Source of the DNA: an uncultured Muribaculaceae bacterium
GTDB lineage: Bacteria > Bacteroidota > Bacteroidia > Bacteroidales > Muribaculaceae
Length of the DNA stretch: 64,000 bases
Assembly: GCA_910584665.1 (NCBI GenBank)
Contig: CAJUBL010000005.1
Coordinates: 866-64,865, forward strand
Direction of reading: 5' to 3'
The position numbers were made by a program, and so were the translations under genes. The notes under the pieces are model-generated. The model saw nothing but the letters and a program-made list of their open reading frames with translations, searched no databases and was not told the origin of the DNA. Position 1 is the first letter of the stretch. Each line of letters begins with the position of its first letter. This document shows positions 1-10,569 of this stretch, piece by piece.

Positions 1-118
1 TGCCATTACGAAAATTTCTATACTTTTGTCATCGGTGAGCATAGCGATAAGAGTATTTGTTTGAAATTGAGCACTTAAATTTAATAACCCTATCGATAAT
101 CACCTATTTTTCAACCAT

Positions 119-496
119 TTGACTTCATTCAAACTCACATTAAACAGCAACATTATGAAATCAGATGATATAAGACCATTGATAGAGCAACTCTCAAAGG
201 CAACTTCGAGAGAGGCTCAGATAATCATAAAAGCATTTTTATCCGGAACTTATAAAGATGACTATGATAAAGTGATGGATATAATGAATCGAAACTGCAT
301 TGTTTCAAAAGTGTCAAGTGATACTATAGAGAATGCTGTTGAATGCACTAAATTATTCAACGAAGCCTTGTCTTTGTCACAAAATCTAAGCGAGGAACAG
401 CAACAGGAGGCAGAAAAACGTAAGGTAGCTATTTCGCAAGAATTTAGGAATCGGTGTTATAATTACATGGAGAATCACGGCATTAAAATAGAATAA
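119..496 (+). CDS. hypothetical protein
   Basis: ORF track gives 125 aa from a TTG at 119. The first ATG is at 155 (MKSDDIRP...). No family recognised. AT-rich like the next three genes. Confidence 0.45.
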   Translation: MTSFKLTLNSNIMKSDDIRPLIEQLSKATSREAQIIIKAFLSGTYKDDYDKVMDIMNRNCIVSKVSSDTIENAVECTKLFNEALSLSQNLSEEQQQEAEKRKVAISQEFRNRCYNYMENHGIKIE

Positions 497-522
497 ACTT
501 ATTGATAATAGATTTCCTGATT

Positions 523-741
523 ATGGATAACAAAACTCTTGAATTTGTAACATACTGTATCAGTAAACTTGCACAGGTGCTGAAAATGAGCCAGCGCGAA
601 GTATATCGGCGGTTAAAGCAGTCAGGCATATTATACGATTATATTGTACCTTCGTATGATGTGTTGCATACTTTTAGTTCACGCTATCTTGTAGAAGACC
701 TCACCGACTATATGAGGGAGAAAGGAGTGCTGCCGCAATGA
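523..741 (+). CDS. DUF3791-like small protein
   Basis: Track ORF 502..741 begins at a TTG; the ATG at 523 gives 72 aa. The pattern EFVTYCISKLA...YDVLHTFSSRYLVEDL fits my recollection of DUF3791. Its stop overlaps the next start (ATGA at 738). Confidence 0.6.
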   Translation: MDNKTLEFVTYCISKLAQVLKMSQREVYRRLKQSGILYDYIVPSYDVLHTFSSRYLVEDLTDYMREKGVLPQ

Positions 742-1208
742 AACTATATCATTCATCCAATATGTCAGTTGTTAAGCCTGATATTATACATTCCCGGGAC
801 TATCTTGATTTCGGCAAAGGTTTTTATCTGACCTCGATTCACGAGCAGGCAGTCAGATATGCGCAACGATTTATCCGCCGTCAACGAGAGGCATGGCTGA
901 ACTCTTACGAATTTGAATTTAACTCCCCGGAATGGAAAATTTTGGAATTCGACAGCTATGATAAGGATTGGCTCAATTTTGTGGCCAACTGCCGTGCAGG
1001 TAATGATGTTTCTGATTTTGACCTCGTCATTGGTGGTATAGCCAACGACAAGGTTATTCAAACTCTTGACAGATATTCTGAAGGAGAACTTTCGGAGGAT
1101 GAAACATTAGGGTTGCTCAAATATGAACGACCCAATATCCAGTATTGTATCCGCTCGCAGAAGATGCTTGACGATTGTTTGAAACACATAGAAAGCAGAC
1201 AGTTATGA
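738..1208 (+). CDS. DUF3990-like protein (possible ADP-ribosyltransferase-type fold)
   Basis: 156 aa. N-terminal LYHSS...GKGFYLTS fits my recollection of DUF3990. Sandwiched between two DUF3791-like genes with ATGA overlaps on both sides. Confidence 0.6.
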   Translation: MKLYHSSNMSVVKPDIIHSRDYLDFGKGFYLTSIHEQAVRYAQRFIRRQREAWLNSYEFEFNSPEWKILEFDSYDKDWLNFVANCRAGNDVSDFDLVIGGIANDKVIQTLDRYSEGELSEDETLGLLKYERPNIQYCIRSQKMLDDCLKHIESRQL

Positions 1209-1426
1209 CCGAAGAAAGTAAATTGGCTTTTCAAGCCAGCAAAAGCGCCAACATCATAAAGAGCCTGTGCAACCTTTACGGATTGTCGTTACAAGAAGCC
1301 GCTGATATATACTATCAGTCAGATACATCGGAACTGATAGAAGAGGGTATTGCTGATTTGCATTGTCGAAGCGACAAGTACCTTGCCACCGTTATATGGG
1401 AGGAGCATCAAGAATTTCAGAAATAA
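1205..1426 (+). CDS. DUF3791-like small protein (second copy)
   Basis: The ATG at 1205 (MTEESKLAF...) overlaps the upstream stop as ATGA. 73 aa with a helical pattern similar to 523..741 (...LYGLSLQEAADIYYQSDT...). Confidence 0.55.
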   Translation: MTEESKLAFQASKSANIIKSLCNLYGLSLQEAADIYYQSDTSELIEEGIADLHCRSDKYLATVIWEEHQEFQK

Positions 1427-1499
1427 TAAGCACAGTTAGCTTATCTGAATTGTCAGTACTTTTATATCAAAAAGATCTGTAAACTTCATATACTCTGCA

Positions 1500-2882
1500 T
1501 CAGCGGGTCCAGCCTCCCCCGAGAGCCCGATACAGATCGACCAGAGCGAGATACTCGTCCCGGACGGCATTGCTCAACGCTATCTGGGCATCAAAATAGC
1601 TGCGCGATGCATCAAGAACGTCTATGTAGCTTATCGATCCCGCGAGATACTGACGGTTAGCCAGATCGACATATTTCAGAGCCGCATCACGCAACTCTCG
1701 GCGCCGATCAGCTGTGAACTGCAGTTCACGGTATGACTGAGCGGCATTATCAACCTCTGTAAACGCCTGCATTACAGTCTTCTCATACGTAAATCTGGCC
1801 TGCTCGTAAGCGGCGATCGAAGCCTTATAACGTCGCTTGTTGCGACCGAAATCAAGAACTGTCCCGGTGATGCTCCCTATAATATAGGAGAACGGAGAAC
1901 TGAAAAGATGAGACACATCGTCATTCTCCCATCCTCCGGTGATACCGATCGTCAGTTTGGGAAACTGATTGCTGTAGGCAACTCCGACGCCGGCCATGGC
2001 GGCACGCAGACGCTGCTCCGACGCTCTGAGATCAGGACGGCGCTCGAGTAGTGACGAAGGGACTCCCAACGGCAACCGCGAAGGCAGATTCTCGTCAAGT
2101 ATATACCGGGACGTGTTCCACCGTTCCTCGGGAAATCGTCCCATAAGCAATGTCAGGGCATTCTTCGCCAACGTTATGCGACGGTTGAGGCTCGGCACAA
2201 GAGCGGCCGTCGTAGCCAGTTCCACCTTAGCCTGCTGATACACAATCTCACTTGTCATACCACCCTGGAACCTGAGATAGGCCTTCTCAAGATTTTCCTC
2301 ACGTGTAACCAGAGTACGCTTCACTATATTCAGTTCATTCTGCAGTGCCACAAGATTAAAATACGCGGTAGCCGTCTGAGCAATGACCGTTATCTCCATA
2401 GCGCGCCGGTCCTCCACCGAAGCCATATATTGAGCGGCACTGCGACGACGGGCTTTGCTCAGTCCGCCCCACAGGTCAACCTCCCAGTTGAGACGCACTT
2501 TGAAGTCATACTCCGGATCACTCGAAGACTTCTTGCCATAGTAATCGTTTGTCTCGTTATCGGCACTCACGATACCGCTCACGGTGGGAAGGTAACACAA
2601 CTTGTCGACCCCATACATCTGTCCGAGTTCCTCGACACGCGCGGCGGCTATAAGCAGATCCCTGTTATGTGTCAGAGCCTCGTTGATCATAAGACAAAGC
2701 GTCGAGTCGCTGTAAAAATTCCACCACGCCACATCGGCGATATTCATCGAATCGGCCGAAGCGTGCTCATGATACACATCAGGCATGTTCAGTTCCGGAC
2801 GAGTAAGTTTACGCGTACCGGAACATGCCGAAACCATTGCGGCCACCACAAAAACAAGACTATATATGATATTGCGCTTCAT
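1500..2882 (-). CDS. RND efflux outer membrane factor lipoprotein (TolC/NodT family)
   Basis: 460 aa with a lipoprotein signal (AMVSAC). Two-repeat TolC-like sequence. Its start overlaps the stop of the pump gene. Confidence 0.9.
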   Translation of the reverse strand: MKRNIIYSLVFVVAAMVSACSGTRKLTRPELNMPDVYHEHASADSMNIADVAWWNFYSDSTLCLMINEALTHNRDLLIAAARVEELGQMYGVDKLCYLPTVSGIVSADNETNDYYGKKSSSDPEYDFKVRLNWEVDLWGGLSKARRRSAAQYMASVEDRRAMEITVIAQTATAYFNLVALQNELNIVKRTLVTREENLEKAYLRFQGGMTSEIVYQQAKVELATTAALVPSLNRRITLAKNALTLLMGRFPEERWNTSRYILDENLPSRLPLGVPSSLLERRPDLRASEQRLRAAMAGVGVAYSNQFPKLTIGITGGWENDDVSHLFSSPFSYIIGSITGTVLDFGRNKRRYKASIAAYEQARFTYEKTVMQAFTEVDNAAQSYRELQFTADRRRELRDAALKYVDLANRQYLAGSISYIDVLDASRSYFDAQIALSNAVRDEYLALVDLYRALGGGWTR

Positions 2883-5800
2883 GACTCTACTCTTTTTTCA
2901 CGTCTTTTTAATCTATCCTTGATGCGGTTCACAAACACGAAGAAATACGGAACGAATACTATACCTGCGGTGACAGCGACCACCATACCGAAGAATACTC
3001 CCGTGCCGATATCACGTCTTGCCGCCGAACCCGGGCCACTTGCAAACAGCAGCGGCAACAGACCCAGCATGAAAGCCAGCGAAGTCATCACTATAGGCCG
3101 GAAACGCAGTCGCGCTGCCTGTTTGGCGGCAACCACAGGCGGCAACCCGGCATCGGTACCCTCCTTGGCAAACTCGACTATAAGAATGGCATTCTTGGCA
3201 ACAAGTCCCACAAGCATCACCAGTCCTATCTGGAAATATACATTGTTCTCAAGGCCACACAACCATATCCCGATATAAGCCCCGACTACTGCTACCGGCA
3301 ACGACAGGATGACGGCTATCGGAACCGACCAGCTCTCATAGAGCGCCGCAAGGACAAGGAACACGAATACCAGAGCCAGACCGAGAACCATCATCGTATT
3401 ACCCGACTCGTGACGCTGCTGATAGGAAAGACCGCTCCACTCCACCCCGACATCAATATCTGTTATATTCTCGTTTACGAGCCGCTCCAGAGCATCCATG
3501 GCCTCACCGGTACTATACCCATTGGCCGCCTCGCCGGATATTGTCGCGGCATTGAACATATTGAATCGGGTTATCGTGCCAGGCCCCGTAGTATAATGGC
3601 TGGTACCGAGCGATGTGATCGGTATCATGGTGCCACCGTCACCTCTTACAAAGAACAGCCCCAGATTATCCCGGCCAGAACGGTACGGAGCCTCCGCCTG
3701 TATATAAACACGGTATATACGGTTGAACATATTGAAATCATTGACATATATCGAGCCGGTAAAGGCTTTCATCGTCGAGAAAATATCACTCATGGGAACA
3801 CCCTGCAGCTGAGCCTTGTCCCGGTCCACATCAAAGTAAAGCTGAGGTATGTCTTTCTGTAGCGTCGAAGTAAGCCCGGCAAACTGAGGCATCACGGCAG
3901 CACGCTCCATGATCGTGTCGACAGCAGCCTGCAGCTGGGCGTATGTCGTCTCACCACGGGCCTCTACAACCATTTCGAATCCGCCTGATGTTCCAAGTCC
4001 AGGAATGATAGGGGGCGACGACAGGTGAACACTGCTCTCAGGATAACCCGACAGATGCCTGCGTATACGCTCCCGTATCTCGTTGATATCATGGCTCTCC
4101 CTCTCATCCCACGGCTTCAGTATCACAGTCAGCGTGCTGTGAGCCTGGTTAGTGCCCACGGTAGGCGACGAACCGGTAACATTAAGGACATGCTCCACAT
4201 CCGGATCTTCCATCAGATAGGCTATAGCTCGGTCTGTCACCTGACGCGTACGCTCAATAGTGGCACCCTCAGGCAACTCGAGCTCGACGGTAAAGTATCC
4301 CTGATCCTCGGGAGTCATAAAACTGGAAGCCGACACACGATTAAGGAACCATATGAATATCAGCGACATTCCGAAAACGACAAGCATTCTGCGCGGATGG
4401 CGCTCGGCCGAATCGATACCACGGCTGTAGGAGCGGTTGCCTTTTCCGAGCCACATGTTGATATAACGGAAAATCTTTTTCTTACGCTTATGGCTTTCAG
4501 GCCTCAGCAGTTTGCTGCACATCACAGGCGATAATGTCAGAGCGACAATTGTTGATATTATCACCGATACAGCGATGGTAATCGTGAACTGACGGTAAAG
4601 CTGACCCGTGATACCGGGAAGAAAGCTCACCGGAATAAACACGGCACAGAGCACCAGTGACATGGCTATCAGTGCCGATCCCAGGTTGGACATGGCCTTT
4701 TTGGTGGCCTCCACCGGAGGCAGATGCTCCTTGTTCATTATGCGGTCAACATTCTCTACAACCACAATGGCATCATCGACCACGATACCGATCGCAAGAA
4801 TCAGACCGAGCAGGGTCAGCATATTGAGCGAGAAACCGAATGCCAGCATTATGCCGAATGTCCCGACAAGCGATATCGGCACAGCAACTATCGGTATGAT
4901 GGTGGCACGCCAGTTCTGCAACGACAGGAACACGACTATTATAACCAGCACCAGAGCCTCTATGAACGTACGGTACACATGGTGTATCGACTCAGAGATA
5001 TAGGTGGTCATATCAAACGGTATACTGTAGGATATCCCCTCCGGAAACCCCTTGCTTATCTCCTTCATAGTGTCCTTGACACGTGTGGCCACATCCATGG
5101 CATTCGCACCGGGAAGCATGGTGATATTAAGCACGGCGGCATTACCTCCGTTAATACCGCTCTCCGTAGAATAGGACGACGCCTCGAGCGAAACTCTGGC
5201 GACATCCTTCATACGTATCATCGACCCGTTTGGATTGGCCCGTATGACGATATCCTCAAACTCACCCACACTTGACAGGCGTCCGCGCGCCACAATCGGC
5301 ACCGTAAGGTCAACACCATCCATGGGAGACTGGCCCAGCACGCCTGCCGCACTCTCACGGTTCTGATCCTTAAGGGCATTCTGAAGATCTTTGACCGTCA
5401 GACCCATATCGGCGAGTTTGTCAGGCTGCACCCATAGCTGCATGGCATAGTAGCGGCCTCCTACATTACTGATACTGCTCACTCCGGGTACACGCCTGAG
5501 CAAGTCTATCACATTGAGTGTGGCAAAATTGCTGAGATATATCTCGTCAAACTTCGGATCACCGGACAGCAGTGTGATTGTCATAAGCTTGTTGGCAGTT
5601 TCCTTCTCGACAGTGATGCCGTTCTGGACAACCTCAGCCGGAAGACGGCTCTCGGCTTTCTTGACACGGTTCTGTACATCGACAGCCGCAAGCTCGGGGT
5701 CGGTATCGATATCAAACGTAATGCGGGCGGTAAAGCCTCCCGAATTCGAACTCGACGAGTTCATGTATATCATGCCGGGAGTACCGTTCAGCTCCTGCTC

Positions 5801-5998
5801 GATAGGCGTCGCGACAGCCTGTGTCACAGTCTGGGCATCAGCACCCGGATAGGATGCGGCTACCTTGACAACAGGAGGCACTATCTGAGGATACTGGTCG
5901 ACGGGCAGCATGATAAGGCCTATCGCACCGACCAGCAGTATCACAATCGACACAACAATCGAAAATACCGGATGGTCTATGAAGAAATTACTTTTCAT
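2879..5998 (-). CDS. RND efflux pump permease (AcrB/HAE1-like)
   Basis: 1039 aa, polytopic, with the typical GIVVDDAIVVVENV motif and a duplicated 6-TM plus large-loop architecture. Confidence 0.95.
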   Translation of the reverse strand: MKSNFFIDHPVFSIVVSIVILLVGAIGLIMLPVDQYPQIVPPVVKVAASYPGADAQTVTQAVATPIEQELNGTPGMIYMNSSSSNSGGFTARITFDIDTDPELAAVDVQNRVKKAESRLPAEVVQNGITVEKETANKLMTITLLSGDPKFDEIYLSNFATLNVIDLLRRVPGVSSISNVGGRYYAMQLWVQPDKLADMGLTVKDLQNALKDQNRESAAGVLGQSPMDGVDLTVPIVARGRLSSVGEFEDIVIRANPNGSMIRMKDVARVSLEASSYSTESGINGGNAAVLNITMLPGANAMDVATRVKDTMKEISKGFPEGISYSIPFDMTTYISESIHHVYRTFIEALVLVIIVVFLSLQNWRATIIPIVAVPISLVGTFGIMLAFGFSLNMLTLLGLILAIGIVVDDAIVVVENVDRIMNKEHLPPVEATKKAMSNLGSALIAMSLVLCAVFIPVSFLPGITGQLYRQFTITIAVSVIISTIVALTLSPVMCSKLLRPESHKRKKKIFRYINMWLGKGNRSYSRGIDSAERHPRRMLVVFGMSLIFIWFLNRVSASSFMTPEDQGYFTVELELPEGATIERTRQVTDRAIAYLMEDPDVEHVLNVTGSSPTVGTNQAHSTLTVILKPWDERESHDINEIRERIRRHLSGYPESSVHLSSPPIIPGLGTSGGFEMVVEARGETTYAQLQAAVDTIMERAAVMPQFAGLTSTLQKDIPQLYFDVDRDKAQLQGVPMSDIFSTMKAFTGSIYVNDFNMFNRIYRVYIQAEAPYRSGRDNLGLFFVRGDGGTMIPITSLGTSHYTTGPGTITRFNMFNAATISGEAANGYSTGEAMDALERLVNENITDIDVGVEWSGLSYQQRHESGNTMMVLGLALVFVFLVLAALYESWSVPIAVILSLPVAVVGAYIGIWLCGLENNVYFQIGLVMLVGLVAKNAILIVEFAKEGTDAGLPPVVAAKQAARLRFRPIVMTSLAFMLGLLPLLFASGPGSAARRDIGTGVFFGMVVAVTAGIVFVPYFFVFVNRIKDRLKRREKRVES

Positions 5999-7190
5999 CG
6001 CTGCTGATGTTTACCTTGTTATTACCGCTTACAGGAGCCACCTTCATTCCGTTCTTGACCTTATGGCAGCCCTCTGTAATTATACTCTCGCCGGCCTCGA
6101 GACCCCGCTCTACAACAATAGTGTTATCCAGTTCCGGACCAGTCTCCACAAAACGTCGCTCCACTATGCTGTCGGGCCTGACAACATATACATAGGCGCC
6201 TCCCTTCTCAACTTCAATCGCCTTGGATGGTACAGCAATAGCATCCTCCCGCACGTCAAGAAGAAGTTTTACGCGGGTAAACTCTCCGGGAAGCAGGGCG
6301 TGGTCAGGATTCTTCATCTCGGCACGGACCGAGAATGTACCGGTTTTGGGATCAACCTTCGGATCGGCGAAATCCACAAGACCACGATACGGATAGACCG
6401 AACCGTCTGCCATGGTAATGGTGACATATGGATCCCACGTCCGCGACTCGTCACGCTGACCGAGATTGACGTTACGCGAACGGCTCTTCAGATACTCAAG
6501 CGACGTCATTGAAAAATCGACACGGACGGTATCACTGTTGACGACAGTTGCCAGAAGCGACTTTCCGCCGGGCCCCACAAGCGTACCTATGTCGGCACTG
6601 CGCTCCGATATATATCCGGAAATAGGTGATGTCACAGTTGTATAACTCAGTGTCTGCCGGGCAAGAGCAAGCTCGGCTTCACCAACCACAACATCGGCCT
6701 TAGCAGTCTCATATGCGGCAACCGCATTGTCAAGATCGAGACGGGACGCGGCATTCTGCTCATACAGAGGCCTTATACGCTCCAGATCCCGCTTGGCCTT
6801 CTCCTCGGCCGCTTTCGCTTTATTGAGATTCGCCTTCGCCTTCATCATATTGGCCCGATATATGGTAGGATCAATGATAAACAGCGGCTGACCTTTCCTG
6901 ATATATGTACCCTCTTCAAACATCATCGACTCGAGATACCCCTCCACACGGGCACGTACCTCGACAAGCTGCTGTGCTCGTATACGCCCGACATACTCAC
7001 CATATATATTCACATCCTCCGTAATGACATTCTCCGTCTCGACCACAGGAAGCTGCGGAGGCTCCGGCTTATGTCTGAAAACCGTAAGCAACAGCACGAA
7101 TATTGCGGTTATGAGCACGACAACAGTTGCCGTCATCCATTTATGGACGGCAAAAAATGATACGATCCTTTTAACCAACGTAGATTTCAT
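5988..7190 (-). CDS. RND efflux periplasmic adaptor (MFP/HlyD family)
   Basis: Track ORF starts at a TTG (7202); the ATG at 7190 gives MKSTLVKR. N-terminal TM, coiled-coil hairpin (AKANLNKAKAAEEKAKRDLER) and beta-barrel domains. Overlaps the pump start. Confidence 0.9.
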   Translation of the reverse strand: MKSTLVKRIVSFFAVHKWMTATVVVLITAIFVLLLTVFRHKPEPPQLPVVETENVITEDVNIYGEYVGRIRAQQLVEVRARVEGYLESMMFEEGTYIRKGQPLFIIDPTIYRANMMKAKANLNKAKAAEEKAKRDLERIRPLYEQNAASRLDLDNAVAAYETAKADVVVGEAELALARQTLSYTTVTSPISGYISERSADIGTLVGPGGKSLLATVVNSDTVRVDFSMTSLEYLKSRSRNVNLGQRDESRTWDPYVTITMADGSVYPYRGLVDFADPKVDPKTGTFSVRAEMKNPDHALLPGEFTRVKLLLDVREDAIAVPSKAIEVEKGGAYVYVVRPDSIVERRFVETGPELDNTIVVERGLEAGESIITEGCHKVKNGMKVAPVSGNNKVNISSDEK

Positions 7191-7451
7191 TGTTACAATC
7201 AATTGTGTGAGAGTATGACATGATACTGCTTACGTACCGTTCAGACATGTCCGGAACATACTCCAGATAAGTGACGAATTTATTATAAAACAATCCTGAA
7301 AACTTTTTGTTCAGGATGTATAACAAAAATGTGCGGTGGAATTTTTTTGACCCGTTTGATTTTTGTATTTTTGTTCGTTGAATAGGTATAGACTGTCGCC
7401 AATACAGCCATACCATCGTTTAAATCGTTTAAAACTATAAAAATCAGCATA

Positions 7452-8582
7452 ATGAAATTCAACGTCTCAAGCAAAGCTCTCTACTCGGCCACATCGGCTG
7501 TAAGCAAAGTCATCAACTCCAAGAATGCGATGACAATCCTGAACAACTTCCTGTTCACACTCACCGATCAGACTCTCACCGTTACGGCATCCGACCTTGA
7601 GAACACTCTTACAGCCAGCATTGAAGTCAACAACACCGACAACGACGGCTCTTTCTGCGTTGACGCACGACGGGTCGTTGACCTGCTCAAAGAATTGCCC
7701 GATATGGGCATCACATTCGAGATCGACGACGAGACTCTCGCCATCGAGATCCAGTACCCCGGCGGCACGTTCAACTTCGTCGGTCTTAACGGAAACGAAT
7801 ATCCACGCAACCGCGAGGACAATCCCGAGGGACTGCATGCCGAGTTTGACATACCGGCCGAAATGATTCTTAAAGGCATCGACAACTCGATATTTGCCGT
7901 CGGCACCGACGATCTGCGCCCGCAGATGATGGGTATCCTCTGGGATATCAAGGAAGACGGCATCACATTCGTAGCCACCGATACACGCAAACTTGTAAGA
8001 TACCACAACACGATGGCGGCTCCCGGAAAGGAATGCTCGTTCATAATGCCGGTAAAACCAGCCACAATTCTCAAGAACATCATAGCCAAAGAAGAAACGG
8101 TACACGCCGTCATAGAACCCAAGAGCGCCACCATCACTGCCGGACAGTTCACTTTCAACTGCCGGTTCATCAAAGGGAACTTCCCCGACTATAACCGTGT
8201 CATACCGACCACAAGCCCGTACGTGCTGACCATCGACCGCATATCTCTCCTTAACGCAGTAAAACGCGTAGGCGTATTCGTTGATCCGAGTCATGGTCTT
8301 ATCAAATTCAAGATCACTCCCGAAGAGATCATAATGAAAGCACAGGACAACAACTTCTGCACATCGGCACGGGAGACACTTCCATGCGACTTCACCGGCG
8401 ACATGATGGTGATAGGATTCAGCGCGCCATACCTCATAGAAATCATCAATACGCTGTCTACGTCCAACATCGTCATCAAACTCATCGACCCGAGCCGTCC
8501 GGGTGTATTCGTCCCGGACGAGAACCCCGCCGACAGCGACCTCCTCATGTTGCTCATGCCCATGACCGTACAGGAATTTTAA
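7452..8582 (+). CDS. dnaN: DNA polymerase III beta sliding clamp
   Basis: 376 aa. MKFNVSSKAL...TILNNFLF...LMLLMPM is a canonical DnaN three-domain length and sequence. Confidence 0.95.
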   Translation: MKFNVSSKALYSATSAVSKVINSKNAMTILNNFLFTLTDQTLTVTASDLENTLTASIEVNNTDNDGSFCVDARRVVDLLKELPDMGITFEIDDETLAIEIQYPGGTFNFVGLNGNEYPRNREDNPEGLHAEFDIPAEMILKGIDNSIFAVGTDDLRPQMMGILWDIKEDGITFVATDTRKLVRYHNTMAAPGKECSFIMPVKPATILKNIIAKEETVHAVIEPKSATITAGQFTFNCRFIKGNFPDYNRVIPTTSPYVLTIDRISLLNAVKRVGVFVDPSHGLIKFKITPEEIIMKAQDNNFCTSARETLPCDFTGDMMVIGFSAPYLIEIINTLSTSNIVIKLIDPSRPGVFVPDENPADSDLLMLLMPMTVQEF

Positions 8583-8596
8583 TGAATTGAACACAG

Positions 8597-9361
8597 ATGG
8601 AACTTAACCTTAAGAAACCGATCATATTCTTTGACCTCGAGACTACAGGCACAAACATCACCCGTGACCGCATTGTGGAGATATCGGTCATAAAGATAAT
8701 GCCCAACGGCGAGGAGCGTGAATTCACACAGCGCATAAACCCGGAGATTCCAATCCCGGCCGAAGCAACAGCCATACACCATATCACCGACGAGGATGTG
8801 GCCGACAAGCCTACATTCAGACAGCTGGCCGGAAACATTGCCAGAGGATTCACCGGATGCGACATAGCAGGATACAACAGCAACCGTTTCGATGTGCCTA
8901 TGCTTGCCGAGGAATTCGCACGGGCCGGTATCGAATTCGATTTCTCTAGAGCAAGATTCATTGACGTACAGACCATATTCCACAAAAAAGAACAGCGCAC
9001 GCTCGTAGCCGCCTATCGCTTCTACTGTGACAAAGAACTCGATGGCGCACACTCAGCCAGCGCAGACACCCGCGCCACCTATGAGGTACTCAAGGCTCAG
9101 CTTGACCGATACGACGACCTTCCCAACGATATCGAGGAGCTGTCAAAGTATTCGGCCCCCAACCGCAATGTCGACCTTATGGGACGTATTATACTAAATG
9201 ACAAAGATATACCGGTCATAAACTTCGGCAAGTACAAGGGACAGCCTGTGGTAGACGTCCTAAGGCGCGACCCCGGCTACTACAGCTGGATAGAACAGGG
9301 AGACTTCTCGGGCGACACCAAGCGTACTTTCCGTCGTTTCTACATGCAATCCAAGGGATGA
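8597..9361 (+). CDS. 3'-5' exonuclease (DnaQ/DEDDh-like)
   Basis: FFDLETTG ExoI motif and a later HSASADT (H-x4-D). 254 aa. Conserved position after dnaN in Bacteroidota. Confidence 0.8.
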   Translation: MELNLKKPIIFFDLETTGTNITRDRIVEISVIKIMPNGEEREFTQRINPEIPIPAEATAIHHITDEDVADKPTFRQLAGNIARGFTGCDIAGYNSNRFDVPMLAEEFARAGIEFDFSRARFIDVQTIFHKKEQRTLVAAYRFYCDKELDGAHSASADTRATYEVLKAQLDRYDDLPNDIEELSKYSAPNRNVDLMGRIILNDKDIPVINFGKYKGQPVVDVLRRDPGYYSWIEQGDFSGDTKRTFRRFYMQSKG

Positions 9362-10569
9362 TGAGAGGAAAACACATAATACTGGGTATCACCGGCGGCA
9401 TTGCCGCATACAAGTCCGCCACGCTGGCACGCCTGCTTATAAAAGCAGGCGCCGAAGTACAGGTCGTGATGACACCCAATGCCAGAGAATTCATAACACC
9501 CGTGACAATGTCGGCTCTGACCGGCAAACCGGTCGTGAGCGAATTTTTTTCAGCCAACACAGGCGAGTGGCACAGCCACGTGAATCTCGGATTATGGGCC
9601 GACGCCATGGTAATAGCCCCAGCCACCGCATCTTCAATAGCAAAGATGGCACATGGCGTAGCCGACAACATGCTGATAACCACATATCTGTCAGCAAAAG
9701 CCCCGGTATTCGTAGCTCCGGCCATGGATCTCGACATGATGTCCCACCCGTCAACAGCAGCCAACATCGATCTGTTACGGTCTTATGGCAACCATATCAT
9801 CGAACCGGCCGAGGGTGAGCTTGCAAGTCATCTTGTCGGTAAAGGCCGTATGGAAGAGCCCGAACGCATCTTCGACGTACTCGACCGCTTCTTCAGCGAT
9901 ACAGACGAACTGGCCGGTAAAAAAGTACTGATAACCGCCGGCCCGACTTACGAACCGATCGACCCCGTTCGCTTCATAGGAAACTACTCCACCGGAAAGA
10001 TGGGGTTCGCCCTGGCCGATGCCGCCGCTTCGCATGGCGCTGATGTGACTGTTGTAGCAGGTCCGGTCGATGTAAGACCCAGCCATCCCGGAGTAAAAGT
10101 AATCGGAGTAGAGAGCGCAAGACAGATGCTCGAAGCCTGTACGCCTCTTTTTGACGAAGCCTCGATCACGATATTCAGCGCCGCAGTGGCCGACTATACC
10201 CCCGCACACCCGCAGTCATGCAAGATCAAACGGGAGAAGACCGACCTGCGACAGCTTGATCTCATCAGAAACCCGGATATAGCAGCCACACTGTCATCCC
10301 GCAAACGCCCCGGCCAGCTCACCGTAGGATTCGCGCTCGAGACCGACAACGAGACCGACAATGCCCGGCATAAACTCAAGAACAAGAATCTTGACCTGAT
10401 TGTCATGAACTCACTTCGCTGCAGCGGAGCCGGATTCGGGTGCGACACCAACAAGGTCACAGTATTCTCACCACAGGGCGTAATTGCCGATATCCCATTG
10501 AAATCCAAACAGGAATGCGCCCGCGACATAATCTCGATACTGACACGTTATGACCCGTATACTCACTAA
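9358..10569 (+). CDS. coaBC: bifunctional phosphopantothenoylcysteine decarboxylase/synthetase
   Basis: 403 aa. ILGITGGIAAYKS flavoprotein motif plus a C-terminal DFP/CoaB domain. Confidence 0.95.
   Translation: MMRGKHIILGITGGIAAYKSATLARLLIKAGAEVQVVMTPNAREFITPVTMSALTGKPVVSEFFSANTGEWHSHVNLGLWADAMVIAPATASSIAKMAHGVADNMLITTYLSAKAPVFVAPAMDLDMMSHPSTAANIDLLRSYGNHIIEPAEGELASHLVGKGRMEEPERIFDVLDRFFSDTDELAGKKVLITAGPTYEPIDPVRFIGNYSTGKMGFALADAAASHGADVTVVAGPVDVRPSHPGVKVIGVESARQMLEACTPLFDEASITIFSAAVADYTPAHPQSCKIKREKTDLRQLDLIRNPDIAATLSSRKRPGQLTVGFALETDNETDNARHKLKNKNLDLIVMNSLRCSGAGFGCDTNKVTVFSPQGVIADIPLKSKQECARDIISILTRYDPYTH

Noticed and set aside
2430-3278. A 282-aa plus-strand ORF spanning the junction of the RND outer-membrane-factor and pump genes, plus several other 100-200-aa ORFs antisense to the pump.
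   Set aside because: All lie inside confidently assigned efflux genes on the other strand and have low-complexity Arg/Ser/Thr-rich translations.
7203-7451. A replication origin next to dnaN.
   Set aside because: I found no TTATCCACA-type DnaA boxes or AT-rich unwinding repeats in the spacer. dnaA is absent, and dnaN is commonly unlinked from oriC in Bacteroidota.
7467-8594. A 375-aa ORF on the minus strand, almost exactly co-extensive with dnaN.
   Set aside because: The plus-strand product is an unmistakable beta clamp. The antisense translation is His/Val/Gly/Asp-rich and resembles no family I know. Long stop-free antisense frames are a known by-product of codon usage in this GC range.
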